Program-made: the position numbers and the translations under genes
Assembly: GCA_000934665.2 (NCBI GenBank)
Contig: KZ538685.1
Coordinates: forward strand, 1-53,917
Reading direction: 5' to 3'
Source of the DNA: Catajapyx aquilonaris
Lineage: Eukaryota
DNA: 53,917 nucleotides
Shown: in pieces, positions 1 through 11,390 of the stretch
Position numbering within the stretch: position 1 is the stretch's first letter
Layout: each line of letters opens with the position of its first letter
The notes under the pieces: model-generated
The model's database searches: none
Told to the model about the DNA's origin: nothing
What the model saw: the letters and a program-made list of their open reading frames with translations, nothing else

Positions 1-3000
1 AGAACTTGCAGCCGGCAATAGGCCCATATTAAATCGAGTTTAAAACGCAGATTCGAATGGAATGCATAGGATTGACCAGCGTTTACTGCTGCATCGGTTG
101 CGTATGTTTCCCTGATTTTAGCCCTTCTTATTAACATTCCAATTCTAGACTCTCATTTGATTAGCAAGTCGCTTCATTTCCACCTTAAGAAGATACATTC
201 TAGTCCAATAGTGTTTATGTGCCAGGCACTCATTCAGGAGACCTGTTTCCAATCCTTTCATCTTTATGTACAGCTTTACGTACTAAAGCATAGTATCAGC
301 CAACACTCTGGCAAGTTGTGATGATATGATACAATGTACAGAGTACATTAAGTTTAACATCATACTGATTTCACACTAGAACACATTCCTTCAACTTGTC
401 CATTGCATCAGCCCCAAAGCATTCTCTCAGGAAGACATGCCCTGTCATGGTACATCATCTCCATCACTTGTGATCGTATTCAAAAACACTCCTGACCTGT
501 TGTCGCTCTCACACTCTTGGACACACATGTTCGTATGCGAGAGCATGTTCATTTCATTTCCACGCACAATCTCAACCTCCATTTAGAGTGCCGGTGTTAG
601 CTTGGAAATTATGGTCATAATAATGTTCAACAGCAATATCATCTGGATATGTGCACCAAAAGCAACTTCACACACCAGCACTTGTCTGCTTTATCAATAT
701 AACCCTAAGCATAGCTTCCACTAATATTGCATGTAGCTATGTAAGCTTAGGCACAATATGCAATACTAATATCAAAATAATCATTCACCATGAGTCCTCC
801 TGTCTTGCTCGTTATTATCCCACAACAAAGCAGAAATAGGAAACAAGTCTATTAGAGACATTCTGAACTCTCCCTCAGCACATGACTCAAGCACCAATCG
901 TCTGTTAGCCAGTCTGTTAGCCACTCGGAGCCTCTATCACCACTGATAAGGGCCATTACTGACTGATAAGTTCAAATTCATTATTACCACATCCTAACCA
1001 ATATGAATGAGTCACACTTGAAGAGCTCTTCAAAATAGGTGTGCTTGATAATACTAATTACAGTTAACATGCTAACTGCTAAGATTGTGCTACAAGTGAA
1101 TGAGCTAAAAAAAAATCATTTACACCTGACTCATTCTCAAGCTAACAAAGTCTCTCGTCTCTCCCAGTGCACACCACGTGTTGTGGTAATTAAGTAAATG
1201 GAAGTTGGCAGACAAACTCATTGGACCAGGAAAAGGGCGTAAAAAGGCACATGTCTGGCCAAGTGGAGCCTTGCAGGCAAAAAACAACAGCAAAAAATCA
1301 GGAATAACAGTCTCCAAAGGAAGTAAAGGAAATGGTCCCCCCACCTGAAAGTGGGCGTTACCTGCCTCCCCACTCGCTTACTTTCTTTTCCCTTCCTTCA
1401 GACAGTCAGCATTTTTTGGAACAGGGCCCATCCAGGGGCGTTACTCTCAAGACTATATTTGTCCCAAGACTGGCGGAATTTCCCAACTTGTGTGTCCAAA
1501 TGAGGACCACATTACCTCACATCCAATTTTTAATGGTACCGTTTCTTGACCCATTTCTTATCTTTGCACTGTAATATTTAAACAAATTAAAATGTATACT
1601 GTATTCATTAAAAATGCATCGACTCGCTTAATTTCTAGCCCAGTGAACACCTGCACCAATGAAGTAGTTGGATGCAGGTTGGAATCTTCAAGCATCATTC
1701 AGATTGCAACACTTACAAATCCAACACTTGTGGCACATGATTGTTATGGGTTTGCCACAGACTGCATACAAAGAATAACCACAAATGCATATAACTGTGT
1801 GTAAACAATCAGTTTGATTCTCAGAAATTATTATGCCCTCACACGTCCCTATACACAAGCTACTGACTCATAATGGTGCACAATTTCTCACTGAAAACTT
1901 AGCTTGCATTCTCACTTCCTCATTTACACTTCATTATTTGTATTACTATACTTCAAAAAGACCTCATTTGGAACCTTGGAATTCCATAATATTGTGCATG
2001 ATGGCCTGACTGGCATTCACTCTAAAGCGTAATGTGTTCCAGCCAAGCAAAGAAGGGCTTGCTGATGTGAAGTGATGCACTTATGCTTCACTTTGAAGCA
2101 AAAAAAAGTATACCACTTGGAAATGGAAACAACCACGTAATTATGGTGTAGATTTGAATTGTAACTTAACCTTGTGATCAACATTTCCCATGGTACTATA
2201 CTTGTTCGTTTATCCAGAAAACTGCAGTATAATAGCAGGTATTGTATTTGGGCTTACAGATATTCTTATGATAGATCAAATCAAAATAAATGTTCCATCA
2301 CGTTGTCCTATTCCATTAGTGGTACCGTTTTATCAAGTTGTATAACACATGCTGCTCCCACCTGCAACACACTTGAGAAAGTAGTAAAGTATTACCTTCC
2401 TAAGTACCTAAGTATACTCTGAATTTTGTAAGGTCGAAATATTATGAACTTTGTTCCTGTTGTCATTGTAAGTTGCTTATGACAACAATGGCAACATCAT
2501 TTGAATGTTTACAATCTGAGTATAGGTAGAAATAATTTGTAATTTTGTCATGTAACCAATTACAATAAATCACATTGAATAATTTTATCATGTCTTTAAA
2601 ATTGTAGCAAAACCCAAATTATTAAACATTCCATACAACAATGAGTGACAACTTGTACTGTGATAGTCCCACCATAACTTACACCATCATATCAATTAAA
2701 ATTGCATAACACATCATGTAGAGTTAATGGATTTGCACACGTGCTCTAAACACGTCTATATCACTCCAAACTGTCCCTGAGTGTTACGGAGCTCCGTTCA
2801 AAATAAAACTCACTCTTTGACTTCCGAAACCTGGCTGGAAGGGTCCTTTCTGTGAGTTGTCTCAACATCCCTGCCTTGGCCATTGGTGTCACCTAACACC
2901 CTTCACTCTTTGGTCCCTTCTGTTCCAGAGTCTTTTGGTCAACACTTGAGCATGTGTATCCAAAGAGCCTCACACTCTGCACTCCCTCCTCTATCCAAAT

Positions 3001-5583
3001 CCCCCTAACATCTACAGCTGCTGCCATCCAAACCAAAATTCACCCACAGTTCCCCCCACCTGCACCCCTTACCCCACTCCCATCCCATCCTCACACATGG
3101 AAGACAGTCTTGGCATTAGACCCACTGAAGGTTTGTTGTTGTACTCATTTGCAAATTACAGTAGCGCACCATGCTCACTGGAACATGGATATTCTTCTTG
3201 CGTCACGGTTGTTACTGTGATTGCAAAATTTCCACCTCCAAGGACAAAGTCATATGTGCTTTCATGTCATTACGTCTGGCATCTACTTGATATGGGGAAA
3301 ACGCACAAGTAAATGACTGTGAGAAGGGTGTGATTCTGAGTGTGTCCTGTGGCCTTGCAATGAATGTGAGTCATCCAAGGTCACAGTGCAGCTCTAGATT
3401 TTTAAACTCTACCTGAAGGATTTATTGCAGGTCTATACTGTAGTCTATTTTAAAATGCCAAACTTGTACAAGGTGACATTTTTGGTTATGTGCAAACCAG
3501 CATAAATCTACAAATTCAGGTGAGATTAAACATTTTACATCTGTCCAACGATCCAGATGATGAACTATTTTGCCATCAGGCATGTAATGAGATTGGTACC
3601 CATGCATTTGTGTGGCCACTAGCCTACAGTTATTATTCCCATGGTCTACATCCCACATAATCATTTCTAAATGGCAGTGTGCATATGAAGATATTATGAT
3701 GAACTCAATTTTCTCTTTACAACATTGGCCATCACCAGGGTTGCTTATATACTGGTGCAGTCTCCCATAGATATAATTCAGAAACTCAGAGCACACACTG
3801 GCTTATATTATTTCTTGTAGGCTTTTGTGTGATGCTCTGTTCAAGTCCTCAGTTCAAGATGGGGTTAGGTCACAAACACTTGACAAATATTAAATTTATT
3901 TGTGGAAGAGACCCATTGGCGTGAGCACACTACTTCGTTCTTCACATTGTAATGAGAAACTAGCTCCACAAACATGTTACGGGGGGGAAAAAAGTTTAGT
4001 AGGCAAACCACTAAAATATCACATTATACTTGAGGAGTGGGCTGGAATGTCAGAAAGCCAGTGTGATGGACGGAAAATGCAGCCTTTTGACAGTTGATAA
4101 TGATGTGCTTTCAGAGTACTGTTGCCCAAGGTAAGTGACATGCTGCAATTTGGCACATCACTATTATACACACGAAATCTGATAACCCCATGGGCTATAA
4201 GATGTGGAGCAGACAATTTCATCACCGGTATCACAACATGTCACGTCATGTTCCTCTGGGATCAGTGCGTTTTGCGCTGTTCATTTTAATCAATTCATGC
4301 TCCAAAAACCTACGTAGGTGGTAGTAGAGCAAGAATTTCACATGATGTCTAAAGTGTATCACTAACTAGAATATTAAAATACCAAGAGAATCTAATTGAT
4401 ATAATTATCAGATTGTAAACCACGGTACTGTATATTATTTCCCAAATCCTGAATCAATGGATCTGCCTTGCTTTATTTTGGATGAAGTTTCCACTATACC
4501 ACTGTCCTGCAAGAACTCATGAAGTGGTGTTACAATCACTTCAACAAGCATCACCATTCCCAATCACTCACATTCATGGCACTTGAGTAAACATGCAAAT
4601 TTAAAAGACAAATAAGGGTCCTATTACAAGCTTTTGGATAAATTGTACACTCACTACCCAATCATTACTTACTACTTCTGATATCCAATGGGATTTGCAA
4701 TAAACAGCTATTGACAACTTACTTTCAGCATACTCATGCAGTAAATTAGAACTGACACCCACAAAACATCTTGTAGGTCTATATGAGTAAAAACTTATAT
4801 TTCTTACGTGAAGCATATCACTGTATAACAGTAGCTACCAAGTTTGTTGGTGGCAATTTTGAGACACATTACTCATCAGTGACTACCCCTTTCACAGAAC
4901 AAATATCACCATGGAAGGATGATATGAAATGTTTGCATACATGCTCACAATGCAGGCTCTGATTGCAGTGTAAGGAGAGCCAACATTCTTCATGTGTCCA
5001 CAAAATTTTCATTGGCACAAATATAAGATGAATTATGAATAAGTCCTTGGACTTTAAAAGTTATTATAAAGGGAACAAAAACTTGTGCAAGCAGAATCAG
5101 GAATAATTGTCTTTGTAAAATACAACACTGATAACAGTATATGAATGGCATAAAAGATGCTGGTTCTGATCTCATGAATAAAGAATATTAGCAAGACAGG
5201 TAATCCGTTGGACACCTATTTTGATAGGTCCATTAAGATATTTTCAGCAAGTGGTACTTTGTAGGGTGCAGTAGAAAAGCAAAAATTAGAACTGCAAAAC
5301 AGGAATTGAGAGCAGAAAGATTGGGGTCACAGTGCTGAGAATTTGCAATTTTTTCATGTTCAAATGTCCACAAATGGTGCCAGGAATATGGAATTGATTT
5401 TATTTTATTTAGGTGTGTCATTAGCAGATAATGCCAAATTTTTCGAGTGCTTTGCTATTAAAACTGACATTTAATAAACTTGACGAGTTATCTAATTGTG
5501 TTATCCCATTTGGAAGGGTGCAAAAAGTATTTCGAAATTATAGTACTCATTAGTCAGTTTGGCGAGCAACATGTGATTCAAGA

Positions 5584-5922
5584 TTTTTTTTTTTTTTTTA
5601 AATTTACCCCGTGAATGACCTGTTAGGTCTTTAGGGGGTGGTGGATTACCACCATTGGTATTTTGGAGCGTGTTAAGATAGAATCTTATTAGTGTACTCC
5701 AGGGTTGGTAGGAGGGGATGTGCAAAGTGCATGTGCGCTGTCGTTAATTGGTCATTTTGTGAACTCCCCCGGGTGGCTTAGTCTATCGGAAATTGCCACC
5801 CGAAACGAAGCCAGAGATGGCCCAACTCTGCACGAAAGAAGGTGGGAACCCCGGGTGGGGATTGAACCCGGGACCTTAACTTCCGTGGGCGCGCGCGTTA
5901 CCGCGGCGCCACTCCGTCTCCC
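5584..5922 (-). mobile_element. Full-length tRNA-derived SINE (about 339 bp) with A16 tail and 10-bp TSD
   Basis: The minus-strand head has a Pol III A-box-like TGGCGCCGCGG and a B-box GGTTCAATCCC. The poly(A) tail is T16 at 5584-5599. An identical direct repeat TGATTCAAGA flanks it at 5574-5583 and 5923-5932. Confidence 0.88.
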
Positions 5923-7489
5923 TGATTCAAGAAATATTGTCATATAGCAATGTTACAAAAATAGGAATAAAATTTATTTCAGTTTTATAAGACCTTACTT
6001 GTCAACATTCTTTATCAATTTGAGTAAAGCATAAGATCTGAAGAGTTGCCATCACTTCAACATCAGCCGCAATAACTCACTGAGGGTGATGTGGTAAAGC
6101 CCTCCCTTCCAATTAAACGGGTACTAAGACACAAGCGTATCTCACAGTTGGTCCTGCTAACCCATGACTTTAGTCCCTACCATTTTCTCGATAAAAAGGG
6201 TTCATTTTTAGAGGAACCTACCAATACAATACAGTATTATTACCAAAAACAGCTGTGCAAATATCAATTTAAAGGCATCCTCCAACTGTGTGAAAACTTG
6301 GTCTTCAACTTCGGCAAAAAAACTTCTGTTACCTGCTCGAACCATTCACACATCACTGAGGTTACCTGCAAGTAAATGTTTACAAACTCACACCTGTGTT
6401 GCTTCTTGCTCTTACACTTGACTCCAATTGCAAGAATTTCACATATCATCACAACCAACACATTTTACCCCTTTAATAGCATAATAATTATTGCATTTCA
6501 CAAAAACACAAACCACTCCTGATTCTCTCCTCATATGCAAAAGCACATATACTCACAGGAATCAAACGGACACAAAACATGCAGGGATGTACCTTGCGAC
6601 TTTTTCTGGGTCATGACGCCAGCCTTAGGCTTCCATCAAAAGGGAAGAACTGTGCCACACACAACACACGATCACTAAAAAAATGCAAAAAAACACAGGC
6701 ATCGAAGATATTAGTTCACTTAATTATTAATATGTGAAGCAAGCAGCATTGTAATTATTGGAGGATGTGCATGATTTTACAACCGAACGTCACCACCAAA
6801 ATGACAGTGATTAACAAAGCTAATCAAACCAAATGTATTGGAAAACCAATTTTTATTTCTTTGTATCTGATTGTAAAAATATAGATATTACCTCTGATTT
6901 GACCCAAATATAATTTGTACTTTGAACACCACAAGGGAGAAGTGTATCACATTCTATACAGTACGTACTTTAAGATTTCCAGTTTTTGTGGAATTCTTGG
7001 ACTTCTTTAAACAAAATTTCCTACTCGACAATAGCTTTTATAATAATTCTGGCCTGTTAGACACTCATTTTTTGGAATGGCCAGTACACGTGGAAGTGAA
7101 AGCTAACTATCATAATGTAGGCAAGGTTCACTCCGCAAATCACTATTGATTTCTGCTTCTGATTTCATCCTGTGCTTACAGAAAGTCCACTGGTTATACC
7201 AAAATTTCCATAAAGCATCACATGACTGGCAGAAGTGGCTAACACTTAAGTTCGTCCTCTTTCCATCTCAATTAGTTTGAAAGAGACGGGCGTCAGGTTT
7301 AAGGCTGCTCATTCCCCACACAAATCTTGCCTAGTCCATGTGTTCATATTGTTCAGCCTCATGTACTAACAGTTTACCAAAGTACATGATGACTATTTTC
7401 ACAGCTAAAACCATTCCCTTTGCCTGTTGTGGGCACTCTCCCTTTTTGAGTGGCGCTAACAAACTTGGTTCCATTAAATGCCACCACAC

Positions 7490-8040
7490 ATGAGTCAGTG
7501 AGTCAGGTTGCGTAAGGTGACTCGGCAGGCAGGCCAGGCGTAATTGAGGCTTTAATTGGGTCGGACGGGGGCCAGAATGAGCAGGCAGAGGAGGATTCCA
7601 TGCGTCATACCTCGTCCTGCCTTGCTTATTCTTCTGGGGTCGAAGGGCACACAGACGCTGAACCCCTCTTCTTCTTCTTCTCCCGATTAACTGCCTGAGC
7701 CTGAGCGGGGTCTCTCCCTCGATGAGAGTCAGTCACACGGAGTGACACAATCTGCCCTCCTTAAGACTACATCCCTGCCACGAGTCCGCCATTTTTGTGG
7801 GGTGTTTGCCAAAAAGCAGACTGCGACTCGCTCCACACCTAGTTCCATCCGAGGCCGAGGGGGCGGCGACACCAGCCAGGGACAAAAGAGGCCAAATGCC
7901 AATACGGTACTCCAGGTGGGACGGTATACCGACCTTGACAGGATCACACACACTGTAATGCAGTTCCTCATTTTTGCAATACATTTCCTCTTTCGCCAAT
8001 AACTCGGTATGAAACACCGACATTTTAAATCCTTCCATTT
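7490..8040 (-). promoter_or_regulatory. Orphan CpG-rich promoter-like island with a putative non-coding first exon
   Basis: CpG-rich patch within CpG-poor DNA. It has a YY1-type motif CCGCCATTTT at 7786-7795 (AAAATGGCGG on -), a donor GAG|GTATGA at 7611/7610 on -, and tandem TGAGTCA sites at 7491-7497 and 7499-7505. Confidence 0.5.
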
Positions 8041-8592
8041 CCTGTCCTATGATATTTAATGTAATTGTTAATGGAATCTACACAATGAATTCTACACACA
8101 CTGCTTTTGTGTTGGTATCGGGTTACTTGTCAGTTCTAATTCACATTTCACCTACGTCGTAGTTTTGGTCATTTCTGCCTTCAGTCACATTGCAGCTGCA
8201 TTACCTGCACTGGTTGCTACTGGCTGGTAAGACCTCCCAAGCTGGACATGTCTTGTGTGGGTTAGTGGAGAGGAAGATCATCATTATACCTACACTATTC
8301 TCCCAATAATGCATTATACATGGTGTCCTTAGTTGCCATGGCTTCTACCAGTAAACTACACATTAAAGGCATGCAGCAGGATGAACACCTGGGATGCATG
8401 TGAGATAATGCCAAATGAATGGGAAAAATTCAAGCAACCAGAACATATGGCGAATGAAATATTTAGAGATGGGAAGACACCTGTTTCAGAGAGACTTAGC
8501 ATTAAAAGTGACTTACAAAATGGGTCATTACAGAGGTTAATAGCCACTTTCAATGGCAATGCAAGTTCATGTCCATATTAATTACAATTGTG

Positions 8593-8598
8593 TTTATT
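8593..8598 (-). terminator. Putative poly(A) signal of FAHD1
   Basis: AATAAA on the minus strand about 210 nt after the stop codon. Confidence 0.55.
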
Positions 8599-8806
8599 CA
8601 ATTTGGCACACTGCCTGTGAAATAATTATTACAAGGTACAAGTAATATGGCAACAATATGTTTGTAGTGTGTAGATGCCCTTCCATGTTGACTAAATCCA
8701 TTCCTGAGTGTCCACTATAATGTATTCAAACAATTTTGATATCTCATCATTAATTTACTACGCAACACCAAATCTCTACACAATGCTGTGTTTCTCTTGG
8801 AGTCAC

Positions 8807-9880
8807 CTATCTGGCTTGAACTTTAAACGAAATCCTATCAAATCCTTCCAAACCTCCTTCAATAACATCTCCAGCCTTAACTGCCCCAACTCCAGCAGGG
8901 GAACCTGTGAGAAGAAGATCTCCCCTCTCCAGTGTGAAGAATTCTGTCACATATGCCAACATTGCTGGCACAGAGTGCATCATATCACCAGTGAAGCCCC
9001 TTTGACGAGGCTTTCCATTTACATCGCACCAGAGCTTCAGGGCATGTGGGTCTGGAATTTTCTCCTTCGGGATGAACTTTCCCACAGGACATGCTGTGTC
9101 AAATCCTTTGGCTAGGGCCCATGGAAGACCTTGCTTTTTGGCTTCATTCTACAAGTGGAAATGCGAGGTACACATTAATGAAAAAAGAGGTTATAATATT
9201 ACTATGAGAAGGTAGGCCTACGCACCAGCTGGAAAATCGTAATTTGGGAGATAAGGTGTCACAACATAAAAATCACCTGAAAATCTCTAGCAGTCAGATC
9301 CAGAGCCACAACATAACCACCGACATAATCCATAGCATCTTTTTCAGACACCATGGTGGCTGTCTTGGCTATGACAATCCCCAGTTCAATCTCGTGGTGG
9401 AACTCCTTGCACCCTCGGGGTATCTGGATGTCAGCTCCTTCTTCAATGTAGCTGGACGACGGCTTCATAAACACCACTGGCTTGGCCATGATGGCATTCC
9501 CCAGCTCTTCTGCATGAGCCCTGTGCGATTGTAGGCACCATTACATGCCCAGTATTAGAATTGACCAACAAAAGAATTATTGTCATGATTGTTGTTCCAC
9601 CTTTCTTCAACTCCAACTGACACGAGAGTGGAAGAAATGTGCTACATGGAAACCACATGTCCATAGTCACAGCCGGTCACAGCCATCACATACAGATAAT
9701 CTTTCAAGTTAATTAAATGACAAACGAATGAGTGTCATTAGATAAGACAACTCACATTACGTAACTCAGAATGCTACGGAAATTCAACCCAAAAGAGAGT
9801 GATGCATACTTGTAGTTCCTTCCCACGGCCATGATCTTCCGACCGAAGTCCACAAAGCGAGAGAGAGGCGGGCCGGACAT
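8807..9880 (-). CDS. FAHD1: Fumarylacetoacetate hydrolase domain-containing protein 1 (acylpyruvase / oxaloacetate decarboxylase), 3 exons, 218 aa
   Basis: Exons 9880-9810, 9520-9277 and 9148-8807 have GT..AG boundaries and consistent phases. The translation [91 protein letters not shown] carries the FAH-superfamily motifs GRNY, HHExEL, DxTARD and LAKxFD. Confidence 0.96.
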
Positions 9881-10308
9881 GTTCCTTCAACACCCGACCG
9901 ACAACACCCGGACACTCTTTTTCGATCTTTTTGAACTGCTGCTACACTTGGCTGCTCCTCCTGAATATGCCGCGGATCCTACTACCTGCGCCAGAACTGA
10001 AATCAATACGTGCCATGGCCTAATCTCTGTGCATACCTCCACATGTAATACGTCACATTTAAATACATTTAATTAATAAAACGACACAAATTTGGGTATT
10101 GTTGTTGTAAAAATTTGCGAAAGCCACGCACGGCCACACGCACAAGGACTGTGTGACTAACTGGCGGCAGAGGCCACTACCTGTTCCGTCCGCCATGTTG
10201 GACTGAGTTCTGGAATAGTCTTGTTCACAACAGTCTTGTTTGGTTTCTGTTCTCTGACTCTGCACGGTTCTCTGACAGTCGTTTTGCAGGGAAGGAAGCA
10301 AGAAGGAG
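9881..10308. promoter_or_regulatory. Probable bidirectional promoter shared by FAHD1 and SNRNP27
   Basis: Only 428 bp separate the divergent ATGs. The region is locally CpG-rich and has a YY1/Pho-type motif CCGCCATGTT at 10190-10199. Confidence 0.8.
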
Positions 10309-10972
10309 ATGCCGAGCCGGAGCCGATCCCGCTCGCCCGTGGCCAGGCACCGGGACAGGGGTGGGGACAGGGAGAGGGGCAACAGGCGACAGCGCAGCCG
10401 CTCGCAGGGGGAGAAGGAAAAGGAGAGGGACAACGGCAGGGACAACAGGAGGAACAGGAGGTACGTGGGTGGAATTATAGTGTTCGATTGACATCATTTA
10501 ACTGACGCTTTTGCCCTTCCCAAAAAAGGAGGAGCAGGTCTCGTGAGAGGGAACGGGAGCGGGAGAGAGAGCGGGAGAGGGAGACCAGGGACAGGGAGAG
10601 GGACAGGGACAGGGAGCACCGCAGGGCCCACACAGGCAGCCGATCCATCTCTCCACCCCTGCCCAAGTCCAAGAAGCATAATGTTGTGGAGCAGGTGGTC
10701 AACGTGTCAGGTATGTTCTTGCCAGGTGTTGGGCAAAAGAGCGGAGTTCCTAAATTGCATGGAATGTTGTTTCAGACAAAGACCTGGAAGGAAAGACCCC
10801 CGAGGAGGCTGCCATGATGAAGACGATGGGCTTCTGTGGGTTTTCCACCACCAAGGGAGGCAACGTTTCAGGAAACGAAGGTGGAACTGTTCATGTCGTC
10901 CTGAAGCGCAAGTACAGGCAGTACATGAACAGGAAAGGAGGGTTCAATAGACCACTTGACTTTGTCTCATGA
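10309..10972 (+). CDS. SNRNP27: U4/U6.U5 tri-snRNP 27 kDa protein, 3 exons, 176 aa
   Basis: Exons 10309-10460, 10529-10710 and 10776-10972 are separated by short GT..AG introns. An RS/RE/RD-rich N-terminus is followed by [48 protein letters not shown], the diagnostic SNRNP27 C-terminus. Confidence 0.96.
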
Positions 10973-11081
10973 GTGCTTACACTTTACTACTGCAATGAAC
11001 TTCTACTTGTGGATTTTGGTGTATTATCACATTGCAATTATTAGATTTAAAACACTTGTGTATTATCTTAAGGGTGCAGTA

Positions 11082-11087
11082 AATAAA
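11082..11087 (+). terminator. Putative poly(A) signal of SNRNP27
   Basis: First AATAAA after the stop codon, about 110 nt downstream, followed by a GT-rich tract. Confidence 0.6.
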
Positions 11088-11281
11088 TGTTCAGTCTGTA
11101 ACATCTGGCTGTTTACGTAGTTATTTCTTATCAACTACAGGCCAGCATCCTCTCTGGAATTATGTACCCAACGCCCCTATCTCTTTAGTCAGCTTATGAG
11201 TTCAATGTGGAGAGAAAGCATCTTATTGACTGTTGCTGGAATTAATTATGCAGTGATGTTATGAATGAATGAAAAAATATA

Positions 11282-11390
11282 GCTAGCGACATTTTTCGAA
11301 GCAGGAGAAGAAGAAGGAATCTTGCTCGCCCGGCTTGCAGTATCCTTATCTTCAATCCCTTCTTCTGCCGCTTCGGAAAATGTCGCTAGC
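11282..11390. repeat. Inverted repeat / hairpin (MITE-like)
   Basis: GCTAGCGACATTTTTCGAAGC ... GCTTCGGAAAATGTCGCTAGC matches at 20/21 and extends imperfectly to about 33 bp. Confidence 0.75.

Noticed and set aside
318..375. C/D box snoRNA (GTGATGA...CTGA)
   Set aside because: Only about 50 nt between the boxes, no convincing terminal stem and no recognisable rRNA guide.
5843..5922. tRNA gene
   Set aside because: A and B boxes are present but there is no proper anticodon-arm or T-arm pairing. It continues into a body with a poly(A) tail and TSD, so it is a SINE head.
10059..10702. Antisense ORFs rich in SLSL repeats
   Set aside because: They are reverse-frame shadows of the RS/RE repeats of SNRNP27.
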